Positions 40,399 through 55,256 of a stretch of DNA of 64,000 bases are shown one piece after another. The stretch comes from the human T2T-CHM13v2.0 reference genome, Homo sapiens. Both the position numbers and the translations under genes were made by a program. The stretch lies in assembly GCF_009914755.1 (NCBI RefSeq), contig NC_060933.1, one strand, 5' to 3'. Position 1 is the stretch's first letter; each line of letters starts with the position of its first letter. The notes beneath the pieces are model-generated. The model saw only the letters and a program-made list of their open reading frames with translations. It did not search any database and was not told the origin of the DNA.

Positions 40399-40900
40399 AG
40401 ATGTGGATTTGAATCCTAGCTTTGCCTCCTACCAGCTGTGTACTCTTGGGCAAGAGACTTAAAGAAGGAGCCTGTCCCCTCATTCCCTGTTCTTGGAACG
40501 TCCTTCTGCACCATCTCCCCTGATGAATGCCTGTCCTTCAAGGCCAAGGCCAATCCCAGATCACTGTGCCCTCCAGCAGAGCCCAGACCTGCCATTCCCC
40601 TTGTGCAGCACTTTTTATCCCTACTGGACATCCCAGCAGAGGCCCTACAGAGTTGGGAAAGGGAGGAGCTGGGAGGGAGGGAGCAGGGGGCATGGGGAAG
40701 GGTACACGAGAGAAGCTACAGAGGCAGGAGGCAGGAGATGCTTGCTCTTTAGCTGGTCCCAGACTCCCTCTTGAAATGCTCACAGCGGCCTCCCATGGAA
40801 GGTGCAATTATCATCTCCATTTCACAGACAGGGAGACTGAAGCCACTTGGCCAAATACACACAGAGCCAGAATGTCAGTCTGAAGCCTAAACTCACACTC

Positions 40901-41295
<395 letters not shown>

Positions 41296-41679
41296 TGAGC
41301 CTTAGGCAGGGCAGAGCGGAGAAGGGGAAGAATGCCGGTCTCCTCCCAACACCCCATCAGAGCCATTGGCACCTTTCCCCAGCAGCTGAGGATCCCAGAG
41401 ACACCCTCAGGAAAGCTGCTGTGTCCACAGATGCTTCTGGCCAACAGTAGACCTGCAACTGGTCCCTGCTGAGCCCGGCAACCCAGCCCGTGGACAACTA
41501 GCACAACCACTCCCAGCCTGATGACTTGGCTGTGGCAGACTCAGCCATGTGCAGGTGGCCTGCTTCCGTCTGGGCGCCACCAAATGTACTGCCAGGAGCC
41601 ACACCTCACGGCCAAGTGGGTACAGCCCCTTCACAGAGACAAAGAATGGATGCCCGGGGGCAGTGTGACCTCACAGCTA

Positions 41680-42230
41680 GGAAGCACTGTGGCTTAACGC
41701 TGATGAATATGGGCTCTTGAGTGAAACTACCCAGGGTTGAATCCAGGCCCTGCCTCCTGTCAGCTGTGTGTCCTTGGGCAAGTCACGTAACCTCCCTGTT
41801 CCTCAGTCTCCTCCTCTGTCAAGCACCTGCCTCCTGGCATCGCAGGGTAGATCACGCAAGTTGGTCCAGATAAAGCCCTTCGAGGCTGGCTGCTCTTATT
41901 CTCTATCTACAACCTGCCCTGTGGGGGTGATTTGCACTGGGATTCCAGCTTGCACAGATGCCACATGGCCCTTGCAAGTCTCAGGTCACCCACTGTGGAT
42001 AAAACCCAGGTCTTCTGACACCCTGGTGGATGCATCTTCCTCCAAGCATGAAGAACCTGAGCACAGAGTCAGGCCGAGTCCTGCCACTCACCTGCTGTGT
42101 GATCTTGGCCATGGGATTTCTTCTCTCTGCAGCCTCAGTTTTCTCATCTGTAAAATGAGAACTTTGTTCTCACCTAACTTGTAGGGCTGTTGTAAAGATT
42201 GAGTGAGCTGCCGCACGCACTGGTGCCTGG
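41680..42230 (+). mobile_element. Two MIR fragments
   Basis: gtgtccttgggcaagtcac (41768) and cctcagttttctcatctgtaaaatgag (42133). Confidence 0.75.
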
Positions 42231-42479
42231 CCGGGGATGGGGTGCATTTTCTCGTTGTTATTGCTACACTGTGCCCCGGGTCAGAAGGGGATGCCTGTCT
42301 CCAGCCCCTCCGGCTGGAATGATTACTTCTGGTCAGCCACAGGGTTACCAGGGCATGTCAATGGCCGAGTGAGGGTCCTGGGGATGGTGCAGCCTCCTCA
42401 GCCCACCTACTCCAGCCTGCCACCCCCAACCTTCAAGGCTGGCCTGAGGCCGAGGCCTCACCTCTCACCGCCATCTCAG

Positions 42480-43075
42480 GAGATAATAAAAGACTGATTC
42501 TTTTTTCCTGGTAAAATTTCAGCAGAAAGTGTATGCATCATTAAATATGGAAATCCAGAATTTTATTAGCAATCTGCTAGATCTGAACTGACGCCAATTA
42601 AACAAAAAAGATATCATTTATAAAAAGGCAGAGTTCAACTTGTATTAAATATGAAATGCAATTTTCTCCTGGTTTTGATTTATTACTGGTGGTCCATTGT
42701 TCAAAGAAGCATGTTATATTTCAATAGAGAAATATTGTTTATTCATTAATATTTTAAAACTGGCTTATTGCTGTGCATGGCTCTCACTGAATGAAACTTA
42801 TGATTTAAAACATGAATTAATAAACACATTTGAAAGTGTTAGACGAGATCACAACCTCTCATTTTTCATTTTCCTGGGAGCATATTAAATTTTTATAATT
42901 CTGCATCTACAGTTTTTTCTTTTAAATAAAGATGCAGATTCCGAATTACTCTGCTAATTTCAGGTAACCAGGAGCGAAAAGCAATATCATAGGGACTGGT
43001 GTCAGAATCACAGAATCCCCAAGAAGATGCTCAGGTTTATTTTTGTAATATTCATAAATCAAAATAAATGAGCTT
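42480..43075. promoter_or_regulatory. Candidate downstream enhancer
   Basis: Sharp AT-rich island with two TGATTTAT PBX-HOX sites. Confidence 0.55.
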
Positions 43076-43607
43076 TGTGCAGGAGGCAGCGTTCATGCGC
43101 GTGAGGTGCCGGCTGGAGTAGGCCTCTGCATCGGGGCTGTCTATGTGTGCAGGTGGGTAGGGTGCATTGACGCTCACATGCACATGTGTGTGTGCTCCTG
43201 AGTGCTCCACAGAAACACACACGCATCACCCTAGCTGCTTGAGAGTGTGCAATCTGAATGCATCTCAGTTTTTTGGTTCAATGGTCAAGCATTATTTATT
43301 GAGCACCTACTATGTGTCAAGCCATGCTGGTTACTGAGGATGAGCAGGTGACAGCAGGATCTCCTTGCCCTTCTCCCACACAGCTGCTGGAGCCACCTCT
43401 CCTTCAGGACCTTGGGGGCTCTTGAGTTTCCCACAGTCCCTTGAAACACCTTAAACAATGCCTTCTTTCTGGTGAGCAATTGGGAAATATTTCTTGCTGA
43501 GCGAATAGACTGGAAGCGTAGGGAAGAGAGAGATCTTTACAGGCTGGAGGTAAAGAAGAGCTTCTGCAAACATGAGTTGAATTAGACCAGGAGAAAGGCA
43601 CAGCCGG

Positions 43608-43845
43608 AGCTGGGCATGGTGCCTCACATCTGTAATCCCAGCATTTTGAGAGGGCGAGGTGGGAGATCTTTTGAGCCCAAGAGTTTGAGACGAGCCTGAG
43701 CATCATGGTAAAACCCCATATTTACAAAAAATACAAAAAGTAACCAGACATGGTGGTGCACGCCTGTAGTCCCAGCTACTCAGGAGGCTGAAGTGGGAGG
43801 ATCACCTGAGCCTGGGAGGTCAAGACTGAGGTGAGCCAAAACAGT
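43608..43845 (+). mobile_element. Alu (AluJ-like), 3' truncated
   Basis: Sense Alu that ends before the tail. Confidence 0.88.
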
Positions 43846-44675
43846 TGGAAGAAATGGAGTCAGGAGAGAGGGGTGTGTCCTGAGGACAGGGAGGAACTTC
43901 CATCTGTGGAGTACCCTTCGCACCGACAGCTCACACCCTGCGCAGCCCCTGCTGATCCCAACTTACTGCTGCCTTCCAAACTCCCTATGAGACATGTGCT
44001 GTCATGAACCCATTTTACAGTGGAGGCAGCAGAGGCTTGAGAGGGTAAAGATTCGCACACAAGGTCTCAGAGTCAGTAAGTAGCTTGCCTTTGGGTCTAG
44101 GTCTGGGGTCCATGCTGTCTCTAAATAGGCCAGGCCCAGAAAGACAGTGTGCAAAATAGGCCAGTGGGGTTGTGTTGTCCCAAGTTATGTGGGGAGGCAG
44201 GGGTTTGCAGGAGTCTTGGGGAAGGGGACTTGGACATGGCCTGGGGACAGTAGAGGCCCAGGAAAGTCACCAGCGCCCCCAGGAATAGTGCTGCCCTGCT
44301 CCCCCCGTCACACACACACATGCAAGCGTTTCTCTAGAGTGGAATTGCTGGCCTTGTGTAGGCACCCCTCTTCAGCCTTACTAAGGGACACCAAATTGTT
44401 TTCCAAAGTGGTTGTACCAGTTTACACTTCTGCAGGGGAACGGCATGGCCTGGGTGGGGGACACTGGAGGAGGTATTTTCAATTTTCTTCCCACCTGGTG
44501 GTTAGATAATGATATATCAATGTGATTGTAATTTGAATTTGTATGATTATTAAAGAGGTTGAGCATCTTTTCACATGTTTATTCATTATTTGCATTTTCT
44601 CTTCTTTTAAGTGCATGTTGGAGCCATTTACCCATTTTTTCTTACATCTTTTGTCTTTTTCTTATCGATTTGTAA

Positions 44676-44990
<315 letters not shown>

Positions 44991-44998
44991 AATGTCTA

Positions 44999-45379
<381 letters not shown>

Positions 45380-46089
45380 TTAAGTTCCTTTATAGTTACT
45401 CCTTTTTGCATATGGTTTGAGGTAGGGGTCTGATTGTCCCACACAATTTATTGGAAAGTTCATCTTTGCCCCACTGGTCTGCAGTAGCATCTCCATCATG
45501 CGTCAAGTGTCTCCATGTGTTGATCTGCTCCTGGGCTGTCCTGGCTGTTGAACTGTGTGTCTATCTCTGAGCCAGTGTGGTAACACTGGCTTCACTCTCA
45601 GAGTTTTATAATTAGTCTTGATACCTGATACAGCAAGCTCTCTCACTTTGTTCTTTAAGAATACATTGGCCATTCTTAGCCCTTTGCATTTCTGTAGAAA
45701 TTTTAGAATTAGCTTGTCAAGTTTCATTTTTAAAAATCGTTGGAATTTTAATTGAGATCACATTGAATAAATAGATGAAGGGAGGGGAATTGACATCTTC
45801 AAAATATTGAGTCTTTTAATCCATGAACAAGACATCTATCTTCATTTATTTAGATCTTTTAAAATGTCTTACAATAAAATTTTATAATTTTCTCCATCAA
45901 AATCCTCAGGCTCCTTACACCCTGGTACCAGGCCCCTCCATAATAAAACTCCAAATTTCTCTTTGTCTAAACTTTCTCTGTTTGGGCCATGTCCAGGGGT
46001 CTGGCCTTTCTCAACATGAAGTCCCATCCAAAGTGTGGCACCACTCTCTGAGAAGCAAGATCCTCTCTCTTGGACTATGAAGTCAGACA

Positions 46090-46292
46090 ACTCTCCCCTT
46101 CTGCTTCCCCACTCCCTGTCTCCTTCTTCCCTCCCTTCCTTTCTTTTTCCCTCCCTTCTTCTCCTTCCTCCCTCTCCTTCCCTCCTTTCTGTCTCTCCTT
46201 TCTTCCTCCCTCCCTCCCTTCTTTCCTCTCTCTCCTTTATTCCTCCCTTCCTTCCTCCCTCTCTCCCTCCCTCCCTTCCTTCTGTTCTTTTT
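46090..46292. repeat. Polypyrimidine (CT-rich) low-complexity tract
   Basis: About 200 bp that is almost entirely C/T on the + strand. Confidence 0.92.
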
Positions 46293-47265
46293 TGTTATTA
46301 ATTAATAAACTTGATTTTTTAAAGCAGTACTGAGTGGAAAGTGCAGAGTTCCTACACACCCCTGTCCCCCCTAACACACAACCTCCACAACATCCCCCAC
46401 AACAGAGGTACTTCTGTTACAATCAATGAAACTATGTCGACATGTCAGTATCATCCAAAATCTGGAGATTACATTAGGGTTTGCTTTGGTGGTGTACATT
46501 CTATGAATTTTGACAAATGTACAATGACATGTATCCACCATCGTAGTATCATACAGAATGGTTCCAATGCCCTAAAAATCCTCTGCACGCTGCCTTTTAT
46601 CTTTCCCTCCCCCTAACCCCTGTCAACCACTGATCCTTTTATTGTCTCCTTAGCTTTGCCTTTTCTAGCATGTTATATAGTTGGAATCAGATAGAATGTA
46701 GCCTTTTCAGACTGGCTTATTTCACTTAGCAAAATGCATGTAAGTTCCCTCCATGTCTTTTCATGGCTTGCTGGCACATTCCTTTTTATTGCTGAGTAAC
46801 ATTCCATTGTCTGGATGTGTCACAGTTTATTTACTCACCTACTGAAAGACATCTTAGTGCCTTCCAAGTTTTGGCAATTATAAATAAAGCTACTGTACAC
46901 ATTTGTGTGAGGTTTTTTTGTGGACCTAAGTTTTTAGTTCATGTGGGAAAATACAGAAGAGTATAACTGCTGGATTGTATGGTAAGAATATGTTTAGTTT
47001 TTTTAAAAACTGCCAAACTATCTTCCAAAGTCACTGTAGCATTTTGCATTCCCTCCAACAATGAATATGAGTTCCTGTTGCTCCACATCCTCTCCAGCAT
47101 CTGGCGTTGTCGGTGTTTGAGATTCTGGCCATTCTAGCAGGTGTGTTGTGGTATTGCATTGTTGTTTTAATTTTCAGTTATCTAGTGACGTATGATGTTC
47201 TTTTCATTTGCTTATTTGCCATCTGTACATCTTCTTTGGTAAAGCGTCCAACTCTTTTGCCATTT

Positions 47266-47565
47266 ATTTTATTTTTTTTTAAGACAGAGTCTCTCTCTGT
47301 CATCTAGGCTGGAGTGCAGTGGCCCAATCTTGGCTTACTGCAACCTCTGCCTCCCAGACTCAAGCCATCCTCCCACCTCAGCCTCCTGAGTAGCTTGGGA
47401 CTACAAGTGTGCACCACCACGCCTGGCTAATTTCTGTATTTTTTTGTAGAGACAATGTTTCACCATTTTTCCCAGGCTTGTCTCAAACTCCTGAGTTCAA
47501 GGGATCCACCTGCCTCAGCCTCCCAAAGTGCTGGAATTACAGGAAGTGAGCCACCATGACCAGCC
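47266..47565 (-). mobile_element. AluJ-like element nested in L1
   Basis: Full antisense dimer. Confidence 0.92.
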
Positions 47566-48554
47566 TTGCCCATTTTTAAATTGGGTTGTTTGTTTTCTTC
47601 TTGATGAATTTTAATTCTTTGTATATTCTGGATAACAGTCTTTTATCAGATGTGTCTTTTGCAAATATTTTTTCTGAGTCTATGGCTTGTCTTCTCATTC
47701 TCTTGACATTGTCTTTTGGAGACCAGAAGTTTTAAATTTTAATAAAGTCCAGCTTATGAATTCTCTATTTCATGGATTGTGCCTTTGGGGTTGAATCTAA
47801 AAATTCATCACCATACTCAAGGTCATTTACGTTTTCTCTTATTTTTTTCTAAGAGTTTAATGAGTTTTGCACTGTATACTTTATAGAGTCTATAATTCAT
47901 TTTGAGTTAATTTTTGAAAAGGGGGTAAGCTTTGTGCCTACATCATATTTTTGTATATGGATGACCAGTTATTCCAGCACTATTTTTGAAAAAACTATCT
48001 TTGTTTCATAACCTTTGCTCTTCTGTCAGCTTACGATACTTATGTGGGTCTGTTTCTGGTTTCTCTATTCTGTTCCACTGATCTATTTTTCTATTCTTTC
48101 ACCAATACCATACTATCTTAATTACCTTAGCTTTGCAGTAAGTCTTGAAGTTGGGTAGTGTCAGTCTGACTTTGTTCTTCTCCTTCAACATGAACCAACT
48201 ATTCTGGGTCTTTTACCTCTCCATATAAATTTTAGAATCATTTTGTCTATGTCTACAAAATAACTTGCTGGGATTTTGACTGGGTTGTGTTGAATATATA
48301 AATCAAGTTGAGAAGAATTGACATCTAGACAATATTGACTCTTCCTATCCATGAACATGAACTATCTCTCCATGTATTTTACTCTACTTTGTTATCTTTT
48401 GTCAGAGTTTTGCAGTTTTCCTTATATAGCTCTTGTACACATTTTGTTATATTTATACCTAAGTAGTTTTGAGTGCTAATGTAAATGGTAATGTGTTTTT
48501 TATTTTAAATTCCACTTGTTCATTGCCAATATATAGGGAAACAGTTGGCTTTTA

Positions 48555-48804
48555 TTTATTTATTTATTTTTAAAATATTCTTATTTATTTATTTATTTAT
48601 TATTATACTTTAAGTTTTAGGGTACATGTGCACAACGTGCAGGTTTGTTACATATGTATACATGTGCCATGTTGGTGTGCTGCACCCATTAACTCGTCAT
48701 TTAACATTAGGTATATCTCCTAATGCTATCCCTCCCCACTACCCCCACCCCACAACAGGCCCCAGTGTATGAGGTTCCCCTTCCTGTGTTCATGTGTTCT
48801 CATT
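48555..48804 (-). mobile_element. 5'-truncated L1PA 3' end with a 15-bp TSD
   Basis: ttattatactttaagttttagggtacatgtgcacaacgtgcagg is the L1PA 3' terminus; TSD AACAGTTGGCTTTTA at 48540 and 48805. Confidence 0.95.
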
Positions 48805-49816
48805 AACAGTTGGCTTTTAAATATTAATCTTGTATACTGCAGCCTTGCTGCAATCACTTGTTAGTTCCTTTAGTTTTTTTAATTCACTCAGTTTTTCTAC
48901 CTAGATAATTATGTTATCTGCAATGACAGTTTTATTTCTTCCTTCCCAATCTCAATATGTTTTATTTCCTTTTCTTGTCTTATTGCATTAGCTAGTATTG
49001 CCAGTACAATATTGAAAAGCAGTGGTGAGAGAAGATATCTTTGTTTTGTTTCTGATCTTAGTGGGCGAGCTTCTAGTTCTCATCACTAAGTATGATGATG
49101 ATGTTAGTTGTAGGTTTTTTGTAGATATTCTGTGTCAAACTGATGAAGCTCCCCTCAATTCCTGTTTACTGAGAGGTGTTCTGTTTTGTTTTGCCTTAAT
49201 AATGAATGGGTGTTGGACTTTGTTAGGTGCTTTTTCTGCACCTACTGATGTGATCACATGATTTTTCTTTAGTCTGTTGATGTAATAGATTACATTAATT
49301 GATTTCCAAATGTTGAACAAACCTTGCATACCTGGGAAAATTCCCACTTGGTGGTAGTGCATAATTCTTTTTATACATTGTTGATTCCAATTTGCTAGTA
49401 TTTTTTGAAGATGTCTGCATTTACGTTCATGAGAAATATTTTCTGTAGTTATCTTTTCTTGTAATGACTTTGGTTTTGATATTAGGATAATACTGGCCTC
49501 ATAGGATAAGTTAGAATATAGTCACTGTACTTCTATCTTCTGGAAAAGATTGTAGAGAGTTGGTATAATTTCCTTCTTAAATGTTTGGTAACATTTTCCA
49601 TCTGCTTTCTGTTTTGGAAGGTTATTAATTGTTGATTCAATTTCTTTAATAGATATAGACCTATTCCGATGTCTATTTCTTCTTGTGTGAATTTTGGCGA
49701 TTTCATTTTTCAAGAAATTGGCCCATTTCATCTAGGTTACATTTGTGTGCATAGACTTGTTCATAATATTTCTCTATTCTTTTAGTGTCCATGGGATCTG
49801 TAGTGATGTTTCCTTT

Positions 49817-49956
49817 CTCACTGTCATGAGGATAGCATGGGGGAACTGCCCCCTTAATTTAATTACCTCCCACCACGTCCCTCCTATGACATGTGGGGAT
49901 TGTGGGAACTACAGTTCAAGATGAGATTTGGTTGAGGACACAGCCAAACCATATCA
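49817..49956 (-). mobile_element. THE1 LTR 5' fragment
   Basis: Ends in ccaaaccatatca, the reverse complement of the THE1 start TGATATGGTTTGG. Confidence 0.88.
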
Positions 49957-49985
49957 AGCCGTCCTTGTTAAGAAGAAAAAAAATG

Positions 49986-50312
<327 letters not shown>

Positions 50313-50874
50313 TTAAAATGGGTTGTTTCCCCCTCCCTCACTGGAAGCATGAGGGGATTCTTCTCCAATATTTACTGTGAGAATCTTGTACAGCTCTAGA
50401 GGAAAAACTCACAAAAATGTGGGTGCCCCTCATGATTGGGTCCCCTGGAGTTTTCAACTCTCAGACTTGTCCATCTTGACCTCCTAGTAAGTTATTTCTT
50501 ACATTTAAGGTTTTCCTACCCTGGTGCTGGTTCTTGCGGATGTTTCTGCTCATGGTTTTCTGCTCCAGTAAGTTGTGATTCTCTGAATCTGCCCTGTCTG
50601 TCTCTTTAATTTTGGGACAGCTGTTTGTTTTGTGACCTTACTTCTCTGGCAAATCTAAGAAGAGTTGTTGATTTTTCAGTGTGTTCAGCATTTTACCTGT
50701 TGTAAGGATAGAGTGTCAACTTCTACACTTCTTACATGCTGGACCAGAAACTTGAAGTCCCTCCTATCTTTCTTACCTCCCATTACACATACACAATTAT
50801 ATATATGACACACACACACACATACATATATATGTCACTATTTTATACAGTTTTCAACCTTCCTTTTTTTTTAA

Positions 50875-51202
<328 letters not shown>

Positions 51203-51438
51203 GTCTTTTCACATTTCTACCCAGGTACTTACTGCAGTCTTTGGTATTGACTTTATGGTGCTCTGTGGTAGACATGTGTCCTCATGTCACTATTCTCCCA
51301 CTGGTGGACACTTATGTTGACAGCTTATCGCTCTGGCCCACAGTGCTTCATAAATATCTTGAACATCAATCACTGAGGACACATCTGAACATTTCTAGAG
51401 GACAAATTTGTAAAAATGGAGTTGCTCAGTCAAGGGGG

Positions 51439-51814
51439 TGATGGGGTTTGGCTGCATCCCCACCCAAATCTCATCTTGAATTGTATTCCCCATAATCCCC
51501 ATTTGTCAAGGGAGGGACCCAGTGGGAGGTGATTGAATCACGGGGGCAGTTTCCCTCATGCTGTTTTCATGATAGTGAGTGAGTGCTCATGAGACCTGAT
51601 GGTTTTACAAGTGTTTGACGATTCCTCCTTCACACACACTCTCTTCCGCCGCCTTGTGAAGAAGGTGCTTACTTCCCTTTCACCATCTGCCATGATTGTA
51701 AGTTTCCTGAGGGCTCCTTAGTCATGTGGAACTGTGAGTCAATTAAACCTCTTCCCTTATAAATTACCCAGTCTTGGGCAGTTCTTTATAGCAATATGAA
51801 AATGGACTAATACA
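51439..51814 (+). mobile_element. THE1 (THE1D-like) MaLR solo LTR
   Basis: TG...CA termini (tgatggggtttggctg ... ggactaataca), internal attaaa, and a 5-bp TSD ggggg/gaggg. Confidence 0.92.
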
Positions 51815-53495
51815 GAGGGTGTATGCATTAAAATTTTTGAAAAACCCAAATCTCCCCTAAAAGGCTGTTCCAGTCTGTATTGTGTGTTTTTCCACACCCT
51901 GGCTGTTCAGCATGGCAGAGTATGGGTGGAGGCAAAGCTGTTAGAGCTGTGAGCCCCACACTGTCCTCGTGGGCTCAGTTCAGAGCACTTCTACATCACT
52001 GGAGCACATTTTGCCCAAATTATCAAACATCAATTGCTGGGTCTTTCTTGGCCTCAACCTGAGTGGGATGAGAATATCTCTCTTGATGCTGATTTGCAGG
52101 AAGATTCTGGGAAATTTTCTATGATGATAATAAGAAGAGGAATAGCAGCCACTAGTGACCCATGATGATTTCTTGTGACCAGGTCCTAGGCTAAGCCCTT
52201 GTTGAATATCATCTTCTTCAGATTTAGTTGCCCTATTTTACAAATGGGAAAACCGTGCTCAGAGAAGGGAGCTTCTTGCCTAAGTGCCCAGAGCCAGGAT
52301 CAGTCCTGCTGTGCTGACTCCACGCTTGTGAGCTTGACCACACACTATCACATCTCTGAGCCTCAGTTATGGCAGGGGCCAAGGATGCCGAACCTGCCCT
52401 CCTCCCAGGGGGATGAGGACCAAGGGAGCCAGGGTCTTTGGAACTCTAAGATGTGTGTGACTGTATCCAGGGTCAGTGTCATGGACTGGTCTGAGGCAAG
52501 TGTTCAAGCTCAGCCTGGAGTTTCCCGGCTTCACCTACACAATGCCTAGAGTGGGTGGTCCAGGGCTCAGAAAACACTGGCTGTGTAAAGGGGCAATTCT
52601 ATTGCAAGCTTGTGGGGCCCATCCCAGGAAGCCAGGCTGCCCCTCACATCACTGCAGTCTGAGACAGGTGTGACGGTGGTGGTGAATGAATGGGAGGGGC
52701 TTGGCCTCTGGAGTCCAGCCTCCACTGCAGTAATCTGGGCATGTGTCCTCTCTCGGAGCCTCAGCTTCCCTCTCTGTAAAATGGGTTCATCCCTCCTAGG
52801 GCTGAGTGAGGACTGAACAAGGTCTTGCTTACACATCATGAAACTCACCCTCTTATATACGGTAGGTGCTTATTAATGAGCACTACTGAGTCAGGGTGTC
52901 TGGGGCACCCAAGCCAGGTACCTCCTTTGGGGAAGCACCACCAGGAGCTGTTTAACCCACGTTTATTGTCCAAATGAACAGATGAGCCAACTGCTATTCG
53001 GGAGGCCACAGGCTGCCCCTGAGCCCCCAGTCCCCACCATGCTTAGCAGGCTTCTCCCCTCCCACTGCATCTGTCTGGTCCCCTGGCGTCTGCTCAACTC
53101 CAAACAGTTGCTTAATTTGTGCATTATAAGAAAATGAGAGTTTCAAAGCACTCGGCGATGTATAACAATAAATAAGGACTCCCACAATATTGCCTCCTTA
53201 ACCCTGGCGGCCACAGAAGCAGCACAGATGTCTGGCACCCTGACAATACCTGGCCCCTGCCACTGTGGGGAATGAGTCTCAGAAGGTCATCATTAGGCCT
53301 GTGAGCACACTATGTTACGTGTCACATGCATGTCCCTGTGTGCACTGTGGACTTCTGTGTGTTTCTGAGCAGTGTCATGTGGGCCTGTGACACAATGTTG
53401 TGCAGGTGTGAATGCAAGGGGGTGGCCCACTGTGTGAGACATGTCTTGTCTGCTTGTGGTCATGTTACGTGGTGTGTGTGTCTTTTACTATTCTA

Positions 53496-53967
<472 letters not shown>

Positions 53968-54424
53968 TCAGGCTGTTCTACCACGGGTCCTGGACATGCC
54001 TCCCACTGGGAAGCCCCTCCACTGGCTCCAGAGCCTACTACAGGGCCCTCTCTGCAGCGCTCAAGGCAGAGACTCAAGGTTCCATCACCACAGATGTCCA
54101 GGAACCTGGGAGCAGCTCCTGCTTCCCCAGAGCACTTCCCTCCCTCAGGCTCCAGCTAGTCTTGAGCTGAGCTCCAAACTCTCTCTCCTCCCCAGAGGAA
54201 GTTCCTGCTTCATCCCTTGTTTGGCCTGATGCTCCAACAAAGAGTAGGGAGGAGGTGGGGCTCAGGGTAGCTCTGGAAATGCCAAGAAGGTATTGACTTC
54301 CCCAGGGAGGTGAGACAAGGCCCCTGCAGTCTGGGCTTAGAATCAAAACTTCTGGTTGTCATGAAGAGGGAACAATTCACCTTTTTTGGTGTACTGAGTT
54401 GGGTACTTTCAAGCAGGTTACCTT

Positions 54425-55256
54425 ATTACCATCATCATCACCACCATCACCACATTGCTACCACCACCACCAACATCACCACCATCATCACCACCACTAC
54501 CACTCATACCACTGCCACCACCACCATCACCACCACCACCATCACCAACTTCACCACCACCATCATCCTCACTATCACCACCTACTTCTGTCACCACCAC
54601 CACCATCACCATCACCACCACCGCCACCACCAGCACCATCACCATCACCCCATCAACACCATCACCACTATCATCATTACCATCATCATCATCACCATCA
54701 CCACTATCATCATTACCATCATCATAATCACCATCACCACCATCACCATCATCGCCACTATCACCACCATCACCATCATCACCACTACCACCACCATCAC
54801 TATCATCATTATCCTCACTACTATCATCACCATCACCATCGCCACCACCATCACCATCACCACTATCATCATTACCATCATCATCACCATCACCACCATC
54901 ACCATCATCACCACTACCACCATCACTACCATCATTATCCTCACTACTATTATCATCATCATTATCCTCACTACCACCATCACTATCACCACCACCATCA
55001 CCATCACCATCACCACCACCATCACCGTCATCACCATCACTATCATTATTCTCACTACTATCATCATCATCACCATCCTCACTAGCTTCACTATCATCTT
55101 AATCATCATCACCATCATTATAATTATCACTGTAACCACAATCACCACCACAACCATCACCATCACCATCACCATCCTTACCCTCGTTATCTTTATAGCC
55201 ATCAGCAGCAGTAGAATCGCTATCAGCATCATCACCATCTCCACCATCATCATCAC
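54425..55256. repeat. ~830-bp degenerate (CAC/CAT)n trinucleotide array
   Basis: Nearly G-free ACC/ATC/ACT/ATT triplets kept in register; this generates the His-rich, Thr/Ile-rich and Met/Val-rich ORFs in the track. Confidence 0.97.

Noticed and set aside
44265-44287. CTCF-like cagcgcccccagg
   Set aside because: Only part of the core matches and it cannot be scored by eye.
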